A stretch of DNA of 64,000 bases from the NCBI GenBank assembly GCA_963706025.1, contig CAVPLM010000003.1, positions 512,001-576,000 of the forward strand. The letters are read 5' to 3'. Shown one piece after another: positions 19,776-29,047 of this stretch. The notes under the pieces are model-generated. The model made no database searches and had not been told where the DNA came from. It saw nothing but the letters and a program-made list of their open reading frames with translations. Within the stretch, counting starts at the first letter, position 1, and every line of letters starts with the position of its first letter. Origin of the DNA: an uncultured Actinomycetes bacterium. GTDB lineage: Bacteria; Actinomycetota; Thermoleophilia; RBG-16-64-13. The position numbers and the translations under genes were made by a program.

Positions 19776-21215
19776 CTATCCGTCTTCGCCGGGCAGGGCG
19801 CCCATGGTCTCCGGCTCCCCCGGCACCTCTGGGCCGCCGAACTCCATCTGTTCGTGGTGCTCGTCACGCTGCAGGCGCGGGGCGCGGCGAAAGGTGACAT
19901 TGGCGTGGCGCGAGGGGTAGTCGATGCCGGTGCCGCCCAGCAGGTCGGCCACGGTGAGGATCTGCAGGCGTGGATGCTTGGTGTGCCAGCCGGGAGAGCT
20001 ACAGAAACCGGCCGAGGCAGCCTCGGTGCGCATGGGCTGGGTGGGCTCTTTCATGGAGATGAGCACACCGATCTCCGCTTCCTCGCGCTCGACCACGCCC
20101 CGGAGATCGCGCACGTGAGTCACGTTGGTATCGCCGGCTTTGACGGAAATAATCACCTGCTTCGTCTTGCCTTTGGCCTCGTCGTGGAAGTAGAGGCGGC
20201 CGTCGATGCCTCGGTCGGCGCCTTTCTTGTGCTCCACGGGCCGGGCGCCCACGAGTCCCAGGGCCCACCACTGGAATTGCCAGGGATCCTGAGCGGCAAG
20301 GGCTTCGGCATCGGGGACGGAGACCGGCTCACCGATAACGCGAGGCATTGATTCTTCGCCAAAGGAATCCAAAAGACGGTTCTTGATGAGCGTCATGGCC
20401 AGGTGGGTGATGTCGATGCCGATCCAGTTGCGCTTGAGCTTCTCGGCGGCGATGACGGCGGTGCCGCAGCCGCAGAAGGGGTCGAGGACCAGGTCGCCCT
20501 CGTTGCTGGAGGCCTGGATGATGCGCTCGAGGAGGGCGAGGGGCTTCTGGGTGGGGTAGCCGAGGCGCTCCTGGGCATGGGCGCGAATTGGCGGGATGTC
20601 GTCCCAGATGTTGGTCAGAGGCATGCCGGGCATATCGTCCAGGTATCGCTTGAGCTGAATCCGGCCGTCGGGATTCTTGGGAAACACGAGGGACCCTGTC
20701 GATCAAACTCCTCCATCTTCTCTCTTGACACGGCCCATCCATTTGGATGCGGCTTGTAGCCCTTGTATTCGTACTGGAGATTGGGCCTAACGCCCGGGTT
20801 CCTGAGATCGCTGATCCGATACCGACGTCCGTCAGGTTCGGTGTGGCGGTAGAACTGTTCCAAGTATTCCTTTGAGTAGGGAAGGTACTGGAGGTTAAAA
20901 CGAAACGTTCCAGATTCAGAGTAGAAAAGGATCGAGTCTGTGACCGACCCATAATTCCGCGTCGCGTTCCCGTGAGCGCTCGTCCTCTTCCAGATGATCT
21001 CGTTATCGAAGTTCTGTGCCCCGAAAATGGCGTCCATCAGCATCTTCAGATAGTGACTCGCGGTGGGATCGCAGTGCAGGTAGATGCTGCCGGTAGGCTT
21101 GAGCACCCTGCGCAGCTCCACAAGGCGAGGCGCCATCATGGCCAAGTAGGCGAGCATGTTGCTGGGGCTGCAGGATGTCGAGGTTGTCGCCATAGTAGAG
21201 GACGTTGCGGTTCAT
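19776..21215 (-). pseudogene. Site-specific DNA methyltransferase fused to an Mrr-like domain, with an internal deletion removing the catalytic DPPF region
   Basis: MNRNVLYYGDNLDIL joins out of frame (~21168) to PSNMLAYLAMMAPRL..TGSIYLHCD. YPTQKP, VLDPFCGCGT and ADRGIDG..IISVK are present; no D/N/S-PP-Y/F motif. Additional frameshift near 20695. Confidence 0.8.
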
Positions 21216-21225
21216 GAGGTGGGCG

Positions 21226-21840
21226 TCAGCTCCAATGGCTCGGACGTCTCAGAACATATCCATCAGGCTTCTCTATATCCTCAGGCAGCTGAGCTGCCGC
21301 GATCTTGGCTCGGCCCATTGTGAACGACACATTTGCTGCCTCGGCCAGGGCGCTTGAATGCCGCGAGGGAGGGAACGCGACCACAACCCGTTTCTTGGGC
21401 GCAAGCTGGTGGACCTTCTTAACTGCCGCCAAGAGATCGCTATCCCCTGATGCCAGCAGACAGGTATCAAACGTGTCCGCAAGAGCATCGCCGAACATCT
21501 CGAGGCCGATTAGGAGATCTGTCATTTTCTCCTTCGGCACTGTGTCGACCATACCGCAGTATGGGCACGTTCGGGGAGTATCCAGGTACTGCCCGTAGTG
21601 GAGGGAGCATTGCCCAAGCGTCTCAAGTGCTTCAAGATAGATGCCCTGCCTGCGAACCTTGTCTGGCGGCGACGACACCCTGGCTGTGAAGTATTTGACC
21701 GAGACGAGGGACTGGGCCGGCGACAGCAGCGAATGGCAGAGGGCAGGGACGTCAAGCCAGTAGAAGCGCCGCCAGCCTTTGCTCTTGAGCCCGAAGTAGA
21801 GGTTGAAGCCATCCACGTAAGCTGCCACTCTCTCAGTCAT
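21226..21840 (-). CDS. NYN (LabA/DUF88, PIN-fold) domain protein, predicted RNase with a CxxC insert
   Basis: YVDGFNLY, KYFTA, CPYC, EKMTD and SGDSD acidic active-site motifs; GAAGGGAAG RBS. Confidence 0.9.
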   Translation of the reverse strand: MTERVAAYVDGFNLYFGLKSKGWRRFYWLDVPALCHSLLSPAQSLVSVKYFTARVSSPPDKVRRQGIYLEALETLGQCSLHYGQYLDTPRTCPYCGMVDTVPKEKMTDLLIGLEMFGDALADTFDTCLLASGDSDLLAAVKKVHQLAPKKRVVVAFPPSRHSSALAEAANVSFTMGRAKIAAAQLPEDIEKPDGYVLRRPSHWS

Positions 21841-21856
21841 TACTTCCCTTCATATA

Positions 21857-21885
21857 TTGACATAACTGGCAAGTGGGTGTAGGAT
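21857..21885 (+). promoter_or_regulatory. Sigma70-type promoter divergent from the NYN gene
   Basis: TTGACA (21857-21862), 17-nt spacer, TAGGAT (21880-21885). Confidence 0.75.
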
Positions 21886-21891
21886 GCTCCG

Positions 21892-21955
21892 CAACAGCAC
21901 CGGGGATAGTATCCCCGGCCCGACAGCCCTTCGAAAGGAGGGCTGTTTCTTTTTT
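21892..21955 (+). ncRNA. Candidate ~65-nt small RNA with two hairpins
   Basis: Bounded by the consensus promoter and an intrinsic terminator. Contains hairpin CCGGGGAT-agt-ATCCCCGG (21900-21918) followed by the terminator hairpin; no complete ORF in the interval. Confidence 0.6.
21923..21955 (+). terminator. Rho-independent terminator
   Basis: ACAGCCCT-TC-GAAA-GG-AGGGCTGT followed by TTCTTTTTT. Confidence 0.85.
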
Positions 21956-22082
21956 GCCCTCCCAAGATCAGCCCAATGTCCTCAAGCTCGATCAGTCTCG
22001 CTGCCGCGGCTCCTACGATCCTGGTTCTACTCTACATGATCTTCTGGGGACTCTCTCGTATACGACCAAGGTACGATTCTGG

Positions 22083-22181
22083 CACCCGGCGTAGCTCGAC
22101 CAGGCGGGGCGCCATCATGGCAAGGTAGGCGAGCATGTTGCTGGGGCCGAGGAAGGTCCAGAAGGCGCGCAAGGCGTCGGC
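22083..22181 (-). pseudogene. Fragment of a second allele of the DNA methyltransferase
   Basis: Encodes ADALRAFWTFLGPSNMLAYLAMMAPRLVELRRV; 22083-22147 matches 21104-21168 with only synonymous differences. Confidence 0.8.
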
Positions 22182-22234
22182 GAAACGCTTTCGCCTCGCT
22201 CGCGGAGGAGACTGCCTGTGATAGCCTTCCGGGC

Positions 22235-23065
22235 ATGACACAGGTGATCCTCCTTGCCGTTGTGGGCTTTGTGGGCGGGACTTTCGGGTCCATGGTCGGG
22301 CTGGGTGGAGGTGTCTTCATCATCCCCGTGCTCACGCTGTTCCTGGACGTTCCCATCCACAACGCCATCGCGGCCAGCCTGGCCGCCGTCATCGCTACTT
22401 CGACCACCGGGTCCGTCACCTACGTGCGCCAGGAGCTGACCAACCTGCGGTTGGGCGCGACCATGGAAACGGCCCTTACCGTAGGAGCTTTGGCCGGAGG
22501 ACTGGTGGGGGCGCTTCTTGGCAAGGAGGTGCTAAGCGCCGTCTTCGGGGCGGTAATGGTGGCGGTCTCGATATACATGGGGCTCACTCGGAACGCAGCT
22601 CCCAACTATCCGGCCGAAGGAGCGGACCTAGGGAGTCTGGGAGCTACCTATTTCGACCGTAACCTCGACCGTGACGTGCGCTATCGAGTGAAGCGCCTGC
22701 CGCTTGGGCTGTTCACGGGACTGGTGGCCGGTAACGTATCGGGTCTGCTGGGTGTGGGGGGAGGTTTCATGACGGTGCCCGTCATGAGGCTCGGGATGGG
22801 CATCCCCATGCGGGCAGCCGTCTCTACGAGCAGCTTGATGCTCGGCGTGACGGCCTGCGCCGGAGCGGCGGTGTACTTCGCCCGGGGGATGATGGACCCG
22901 GTGATCACGGTCCCGGTCGTCCTGGGAGTGATGACCGGAGCTTACCTAGGATCCCGCCTAGCGGTCAGAGTGAGGAGCTCCATACTGGCGAGCATCTTGA
23001 CCGTGGTTCTCTTCGCTCTGGCTGTGCAGATGATCCTGGCCTCGGCGGGGTTCAGCCTGAGATGA
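22235..23065 (+). CDS. Sulfite exporter TauE/SafE family membrane protein
   Basis: GSMVGLGGGVFIIP and SGLLGVGGGFMTVP internal repeats. TGaTAGCCT lies 7 nt before the ATG, suggesting a leaderless mRNA. Confidence 0.9.
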   Translation: MTQVILLAVVGFVGGTFGSMVGLGGGVFIIPVLTLFLDVPIHNAIAASLAAVIATSTTGSVTYVRQELTNLRLGATMETALTVGALAGGLVGALLGKEVLSAVFGAVMVAVSIYMGLTRNAAPNYPAEGADLGSLGATYFDRNLDRDVRYRVKRLPLGLFTGLVAGNVSGLLGVGGGFMTVPVMRLGMGIPMRAAVSTSSLMLGVTACAGAAVYFARGMMDPVITVPVVLGVMTGAYLGSRLAVRVRSSILASILTVVLFALAVQMILASAGFSLR

Positions 23066-23430
23066 GGGCTCCGAGCGACTCCGACCCTCGTTTGGCCGCC
23101 CGCCTGTCCCGCCTGCTTCTCGTCGGGCTCAGCCTGGCCGTCCTTCTCCTCTTGACCGGTGTGGTCCTTACCTTGGTGAAGCCCGGGGTGCCCATCTCGG
23201 TCAGTTCCCTTAGAGGACTGCCCGGGGCCCTGGTCGCTCTGGAACCGGGCGGCTTCTTCGATCTGGGGCTGCTCATCCTTCTGGCCACACCGGCCGCCCG
23301 AGTGGTCGCACTCCTTATGGCCTTCGCCCGGCGACGCCTGTGGCTGTTCTCGGGCGTCAGCCTTATCGTGTTGGTCGTCCTGGCGCTGAGCCTGTTCCTC
23401 GGGCTGAGGGGCGCAATATGTTCGATCTAA
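23062..23430 (+). CDS. DUF1634-family membrane protein
   Basis: LGLLILLATPAARV motif; typical partner of tauE; ATGA overlap. Confidence 0.8.
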   Translation: MRAPSDSDPRLAARLSRLLLVGLSLAVLLLLTGVVLTLVKPGVPISVSSLRGLPGALVALEPGGFFDLGLLILLATPAARVVALLMAFARRRLWLFSGVSLIVLVVLALSLFLGLRGAICSI

Positions 23431-23475
23431 GGCTCCTCCCTGCCTCCGGCACCGTTCGAGCGGTGCAGCCCGTTC

Positions 23476-25104
23476 TCAGTCTGCCACCAAGCTGGGATTG
23501 GGAACGCTCACAGAGGCCCCTGTCGCTTTGCGCCCCAACACCCAATGCTCCAGAGCTTCGGCCACACCGTCCCGAAGGTTCGAAGAAGTGATGACGTCGG
23601 CAACCGCCTTGGCCGCCGGAGTGGCGTTGCCCATGGCCACTCCGATGCCGGCCCACTGCAGCAGAGCGGCGTCGGTATCGTGGTCGCCGATCGCCATCGT
23701 CTGCTCGGCTGGGATCTGCATCCGCCGGGCGAGCTGCTGGGCCATCGCGGCCTTCGATGCATCCTGCGAAGTGATATCGACCACTCCCGGCGTTATCTCG
23801 CATATGGTGGCCCGGTCGCCGAACACACGCTGGATGGCAAGCATGGCCGTAGCCGCGGCTTCCTCCTGGAGGTCTCGCAGGTCGAGGAACACCTTGTCGA
23901 TGGGCTCGCCTGCCCGGAGCATCTCGTCGATGCTGCCGACCCTATGCGGCTCCGAGACCTCATAGTTCAGGATTCCCTCGCGCACCAGGTCCCCTAAGCG
24001 GTCGGTGAACCACTCGTCGTCGCTCTCTATGTTGACTATGGCGCCGAGGTCTCGACCCAGGGCCACGATCTGCGCTGTTAGCTCTGGCTCCACCGACACA
24101 TGGGCTAGGCCCGCCGCAGTCTGAACATTCCATAGCAATGCACCGTTGCAGGCGATAAGAGGGGCGCTGAGACCGAGCCGCTGGTGGAAGGGGCGCAAGG
24201 CCCGAGGCGGACGGGACGACACCAACACGACCTCCACGCCTCCTTCGCGCACGGCGGTGATGGCCCGCCTCACCCGCTCGGACATGTGCCGGGGTCCGGA
24301 TAGCAGGGTACCGTCCAGATCGATGAAGATCAGGCGTATCACTCGTCCGGTTCCGACCAGCTGAGCCAGTCCGCGGGAGACATAGTCCAGATGGTGACGC
24401 ATGGCCTGGCGGGCCTGCTGCTCGTTGCCTGACCGGATGGCCCGCCGGATGGCGTCATGCTGCTGCTGCAGCGTGCTCGCCCCGCCCGGCTCGTTGTAGA
24501 AGACGGAGAGAGTGGCGGCCATGTGGTCGTGAAGCAGATCGACGGGCTCTCGCATGACCCGCTCGAACAGCGGGTTGTGGGTGGCCGCGCCGATCGCGGC
24601 ATGGAAGGCGACGTCGTCCTCAGGAGAGACTATCTCGCCCGGGGCGGTCAACAAGTCGGAGAGAATGTGCAGGTCCTCCATGGTGGCGCGGCGCGCGGCC
24701 AAGCTGGCCGCCTCGATCTCCACCGCGCTGCGGATCTCCATCAGCTCGATGACCCGCTCCGCACCCTGTCCCAACAAGGGGGACAGGGGCGCGGCGATAC
24801 CCGGACCGGGGAGGATGGCCACCGTGGTTCCCTGGGCGCCGCGGCCGGTCACGAGCAGGCCGTGGGCTTTCAACTCTCGGAGCGCTTCGCGTACCGCGGG
24901 CCGGCCGACGCCCAGTTGCACGGCCAGGTCCCGCTCCGCCGGGATCCGGTCGCCGGGCTTGTAGTGTCCGGAGGCGATGAGATGCCGGAGCTGATCGGCC
25001 ACCTGGTCGGCCACGGTCTGAGGAGTCACCGGGTGGAGGCGGTCGTCGACAGGATGTGTGCCGTTTCGAGCTCTGCTACGGTCGCCGCTGTGCTCCAAGG
25101 TCAC
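23476..25104 (-). CDS. FadR/GntR regulator fused to a Cof-type HAD phosphatase
   Basis: wHTH (PGDRIPAERDLA..VGRPAVREAL) and FCD domain (DVAFHAAI..QQH), followed by HAD motifs IDLDGTLL, SSR, SK and GDHDTD. Confidence 0.8.
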   Translation of the reverse strand: MTLEHSGDRSRARNGTHPVDDRLHPVTPQTVADQVADQLRHLIASGHYKPGDRIPAERDLAVQLGVGRPAVREALRELKAHGLLVTGRGAQGTTVAILPGPGIAAPLSPLLGQGAERVIELMEIRSAVEIEAASLAARRATMEDLHILSDLLTAPGEIVSPEDDVAFHAAIGAATHNPLFERVMREPVDLLHDHMAATLSVFYNEPGGASTLQQQHDAIRRAIRSGNEQQARQAMRHHLDYVSRGLAQLVGTGRVIRLIFIDLDGTLLSGPRHMSERVRRAITAVREGGVEVVLVSSRPPRALRPFHQRLGLSAPLIACNGALLWNVQTAAGLAHVSVEPELTAQIVALGRDLGAIVNIESDDEWFTDRLGDLVREGILNYEVSEPHRVGSIDEMLRAGEPIDKVFLDLRDLQEEAAATAMLAIQRVFGDRATICEITPGVVDITSQDASKAAMAQQLARRMQIPAEQTMAIGDHDTDAALLQWAGIGVAMGNATPAAKAVADVITSSNLRDGVAEALEHWVLGRKATGASVSVPNPSLVAD

Positions 25105-25170
25105 TCCTTTCCCGTTCTAGGTATGATGGTAACACCATAACCCAGTGCGAGGCAAGGCGTCTTTGGAGCG

Positions 25171-25947
25171 TCAGCCCTCCACTTCGGAGGGCTCAGAGAG
25201 CACTTCGAGCTCCGCCCGCTTCAGCCGGCGCTTCAAGGCAGCCCTGGAAAGCCAGATGCCGAACTCGTACAAGAGGAGCAAGGGGATGAGCATGAGGGCC
25301 ATGCTCAGCGGATCCTGGCTGGGAGTGAAGATCATGGCGACGACAGCCATGACCAAGATGGCGTACTTGCGAACCTTCCGCATCTTCACGTGGTCGATGA
25401 GACCCACCCACGCAAGCAACATCATGATGAGCGGAAGTTCAAAGACCGCGCCGAAGGCCAGAACGAACATGGAGACGAACGTGACGTATCTCTCGGCCTG
25501 CAGCAGCTGATTGAAGTACTCACCTCCGTAACCGACCATGAACCTAAGGCCCACCGGTAGCACGACGAAGTACGCGAACGCCACGCCGGCCATGAAGAGG
25601 CCGGTGGTGAAGGCGACATACGGTACGACGCTACGCCGCTCGTTCTCGTAGAGGGCGGGCATGATGAAAGCCCAGAACTGATAGAGGATGTAGGGCAGGG
25701 AGATGATAAGCCCGGCGTAGATGGACACTTTCAGCACCTGCATGAAAGCTTCGGTCACGCCGAGAGTGGTCAACTCAGTGACCTGGGTGTACTTGAGAGG
25801 CCGAAGCAGGACGAAGAAGACCCAATCCTTCTCTATGAAAGCGGCGATGACGCATACCACGACCACGATCGCGACATACGTGAGGCGTTTGCGTAGTTCG
25901 CCGAGATGCCCCATGAGGGGCATCACCCTGGTCGGATCCTTACTCAC
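25171..25947 (-). CDS. tatC: Twin-arginine translocase subunit TatC
   Basis: MPLMGHLGELRKRL, YQFWAFIMPALYENER, FELP and IFTP..DPLS motifs. Confidence 0.95.
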   Translation of the reverse strand: MSKDPTRVMPLMGHLGELRKRLTYVAIVVVVCVIAAFIEKDWVFFVLLRPLKYTQVTELTTLGVTEAFMQVLKVSIYAGLIISLPYILYQFWAFIMPALYENERRSVVPYVAFTTGLFMAGVAFAYFVVLPVGLRFMVGYGGEYFNQLLQAERYVTFVSMFVLAFGAVFELPLIMMLLAWVGLIDHVKMRKVRKYAILVMAVVAMIFTPSQDPLSMALMLIPLLLLYEFGIWLSRAALKRRLKRAELEVLSEPSEVEG

Positions 25948-26095
25948 GAACCCTCAGCTCAGAAGACCGCCTTACTCGCTGCGGATCGACCGCGTGACTG
26001 TCTCATCGTGACGCGGGAAGCCGCCCTGGCGCTCCGCGGCCCAGCACAGTATAGCCCAGACCGGTCACGGCGGCGGCTTCGGACCAGACCGTTCG

Positions 26096-26124
26096 TTGCA
26101 AGGCCATAAGCGATTTGTTATCGT
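26096..26124 (+). promoter_or_regulatory. Probable nuo operon promoter
   Basis: TTGCAA, 17-nt spacer, TATCGT, with a TG extension before the -10 box. Confidence 0.55.
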
Positions 26125-26196
26125 CGACGTCAGCTTGCGGCTGGTGTCTCTTGCGCGCCACGATCTAAGGGGCGCGCTTGGCGATGAGGTGCTCGC

Positions 26197-26565
26197 TTGG
26201 TAAATCCGACTGTCGATCTCGTCATCCAGTTCGCGATCATGTTCGCCATCGGCGCGGCCATGGCGATCGCGTTCGTGGCCATCTCACACCTCCTCGCTCC
26301 CAGAAGCAAGAACCCCAGCAAAGCGCAGCCCTATGAGTGCGGCGTGGTGCCCAAAGCCGACGCCCGGGCGCCCTTCAATATCCACTACTATCTGGTGGCT
26401 GTGCTCTTCGTGCTGTTCGATCTCGAGGCGGTGTTCATCTATCCCTGGGCGGTCTCGCTGCGGGATCTGGGGACCGCGGGCTTGGTGGAGATGTTCGTGT
26501 TCATCGCCATCCTCTTGGTCGGCTACGTCTACGCCTGGAAGAAGGGCGTCTTCGAATGGGAATGA
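26197..26565 (+). CDS. nuoA: NADH-quinone oxidoreductase subunit A
   Basis: [19 protein letters not shown] and WKKGVFEW. Confidence 0.95.
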   Translation: MVNPTVDLVIQFAIMFAIGAAMAIAFVAISHLLAPRSKNPSKAQPYECGVVPKADARAPFNIHYYLVAVLFVLFDLEAVFIYPWAVSLRDLGTAGLVEMFVFIAILLVGYVYAWKKGVFEWE

Positions 26566-27212
26566 CGGATCCGACCCTTCGCCAGGCCACAGACAGCGAG
26601 GTGCGCGAAGCTATGGACCGTGGGGCCCTCGCCGGCGAGGACACCGGGCCGGGCCGAGCTGACGACACCGCGGACGCCATGGGTGGGCCGGTGCGTCTTC
26701 CCGGTGGCATCGCGATGCCGGTCCAGATCGAGCGCATACTCGGATTCGGGCGCAGCTTCTCCTTCTGGCCGCTTCTCTTCGGTCTGGCCTGCTGCGCCAT
26801 CGAGATGATGGCCCTGGGCGGGTCGCGCTTCGACATGTCGCGCTTCGGCATGGAGGCCATGCGGGCTTCGCCGCGCCAGGCCGACGGCATGATCGTGGCC
26901 GGCTGGTGCAGCATCAAGATGGCGCCTCGGGTGGTCCGCCTCTACGAGCAGATCCCCGATCCCAAATGGGTGCTGGCCATGGGCTCTTGCGCCATCTCGG
27001 GCAATATCTGGGACACCTACAACATCGTGCAGGGCATCGACAGCCTCATCCCGGTGGACGTGTACGTGCCCGGCTGCCCACCCCGCCCGGAAGCTTTGTG
27101 GGAGGGCTTGGAGATGATCCGGGAGCGCATCAAGGAGAGCAGGCACGCTTATGACGGTTTGCGCCGCATCCCCGCTCGTGACGCGATAGCCGAAGGAGTG
27201 GCCGAGCCGTGA
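26562..27212 (+). CDS. nuoB: NADH-quinone oxidoreductase subunit B
   Basis: [19 protein letters not shown] and VPGCPPRPE; ATGA overlap with nuoA. Confidence 0.95.
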   Translation: MTDPTLRQATDSEVREAMDRGALAGEDTGPGRADDTADAMGGPVRLPGGIAMPVQIERILGFGRSFSFWPLLFGLACCAIEMMALGGSRFDMSRFGMEAMRASPRQADGMIVAGWCSIKMAPRVVRLYEQIPDPKWVLAMGSCAISGNIWDTYNIVQGIDSLIPVDVYVPGCPPRPEALWEGLEMIRERIKESRHAYDGLRRIPARDAIAEGVAEP

Positions 27213-27757
27213 GCGCCGAAGCCGTCAGCGCCGCCGGCAAGGCAGAGCGTCCGCTCCCGGCTACGCTGGCGGCCGCCAAGATGGAGCTCGAAGAGCGCTT
27301 CGGGACCAGGCTTCTGGGGAGCTGCGAGTTCCGAGGAGAGCTCACCTACACGGTGGCCCCGGAAGATTGGGTGGAGGTCCTACGGTTCTGCAAGGAGGCG
27401 CCGGCGCTTGCCTTCGATCAGCTCGATTGTCTGCTGGGCGACCACCTGCCCGAGCGGGCCGCGGCCCCGCTGCAGGTGGTCGCGCATCTTCTGTCGCACA
27501 CTCACGGGCACCGCCTGCGGATCAAGACTCCTCTGGTCGAGGGGCGGGGTCTGCCCACCGTCACCGGCCTGTGGCCCTCGGCCGGCTTCGACGAGCGCGA
27601 GGCCTGGGAGATGTTCGGCATCGTGTTCGAGGGCCATCCCGACCTGCGCCGGCTCCTCACCACCGAGGACTTCGTCGGCCATCCGTTGCGGAAGGATTTC
27701 CCCTTGCAGGGCACGGTGGGAGGTCGGATCCGCACCGATCTGAGAGGCAAGATCTAG
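27209..27757 (+). CDS. nuoC: NADH-quinone oxidoreductase subunit C
   Basis: [22 protein letters not shown] and [10 protein letters not shown]. Confidence 0.95.
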   Translation: MSAEAVSAAGKAERPLPATLAAAKMELEERFGTRLLGSCEFRGELTYTVAPEDWVEVLRFCKEAPALAFDQLDCLLGDHLPERAAAPLQVVAHLLSHTHGHRLRIKTPLVEGRGLPTVTGLWPSAGFDEREAWEMFGIVFEGHPDLRRLLTTEDFVGHPLRKDFPLQGTVGGRIRTDLRGKI

Positions 27758-29047
27758 GTGAGCGACCACCACGACAACGCGACCGCGGCCCCGGAGGTGC
27801 AGGGGGGCGCCGTCTCGGGTCGCCCCACCCTGGAGGAGCTCAAGGAGCGCAAGGCCCGCAGCCGCCGGCGTCTGGAACACACCGGCGAGGTGATGACCAT
27901 CAGCATGGGTCCGCAGCACCCGTCGATGCACGGCGTGTACCGGGCCGAACTCGATCTCGACGGCGAGGTCATCGTGGCCGTGCGGCCCGAGATCGGCAAC
28001 CTGCACCGCGGGGTGGAGAAGCTCTGCGAGCAGCGCACCTACCATCAGATCATCCCCATCACCGACCGCCTGGACTATCTGGCCGGCTTTGTCATGAACC
28101 ACGGCTATTGCGAGGCGGTGGAGAAGCTCATGGGACTGGAGGTGCCGGTCCGGGGCCGTTACATCCGCACCATAGCGGGTGAGCTATGCCGCATCGCCAA
28201 CCACATCCTGTGGCTGGGCGTCCACATCATGGATCTGGGCACGCAGACCTTCTTCTGCATCTGCTTCCGCGACCGCGAGTACGTGCTCGACCTGCTCGAG
28301 ATGCTCACGGGCGCACGACTCACCCACTCCTTCGGCCGCATAGGCGGGGTGGCGAAGGACCTGCCCGACGGCTTCGACCATCGTTGCCGCAAGGTCATCG
28401 ACTTCCTGCCCAAGCGGGTGGCGGAGTACGAGCGCATCGTCAAGCACAACCGCATCTACTACAAGCGGGCCAAGGGCGTGGGGATCTTCACCTCAGAGGA
28501 TTGCTATGCGTGGCGGGTCACGGGGCCGACGCTGCGTTCCGCCGGGGTCGCCCGCGACCTGCGCAAGGACGAGCCCTACGCGGCCTACGACGAGGTCGAT
28601 TTCGAGGTGGCGGTGGAGTACAACGCCGACGTCTACGACCGTTTCCTCGTCCGTATGAAAGAGATCCGGGAGTCGTGCAAGATCGTCCGCCAGTGCCTGG
28701 ACAACCTTCCCGACGGGCCGTTCGTGGCCCGGGACGCCGGCCGGACTCTGCCGCTGAAGAAGAACGTGCTCCGGGACCCGGCGGCCATGATCCAGGACTT
28801 CTACCAGGTGTTCGAGGGCCCGCAGGTGCCCAAAGGCGAGGTCTATCGGGCCATCGAGGCGCCCAAGGGCGAGATGGGCGTCTACATCCGGTCGGAGGGC
28901 GGCGCGAAGCCCGCCCGCATCCGCTTCACCACCCCCAGTTTCTACCACGGGCAGGCGGTGCCGCCCCTGGTCGAAGGGGAGATGGTTTCTGACATGGTGG
29001 CGATCTTCGCCAGCATCGACGTGGTACTCGGGGACTGTGACCGATGA
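27758..29047 (+). CDS. nuoD: NADH-quinone oxidoreductase subunit D
   Basis: GPQHPSMHGV, LHRGVEK, DRLDY, EAPKGE and a GDCDR C-terminus; no NiFe CxxC motifs. Confidence 0.95.
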   Translation: MSDHHDNATAAPEVQGGAVSGRPTLEELKERKARSRRRLEHTGEVMTISMGPQHPSMHGVYRAELDLDGEVIVAVRPEIGNLHRGVEKLCEQRTYHQIIPITDRLDYLAGFVMNHGYCEAVEKLMGLEVPVRGRYIRTIAGELCRIANHILWLGVHIMDLGTQTFFCICFRDREYVLDLLEMLTGARLTHSFGRIGGVAKDLPDGFDHRCRKVIDFLPKRVAEYERIVKHNRIYYKRAKGVGIFTSEDCYAWRVTGPTLRSAGVARDLRKDEPYAAYDEVDFEVAVEYNADVYDRFLVRMKEIRESCKIVRQCLDNLPDGPFVARDAGRTLPLKKNVLRDPAAMIQDFYQVFEGPQVPKGEVYRAIEAPKGEMGVYIRSEGGAKPARIRFTTPSFYHGQAVPPLVEGEMVSDMVAIFASIDVVLGDCDR

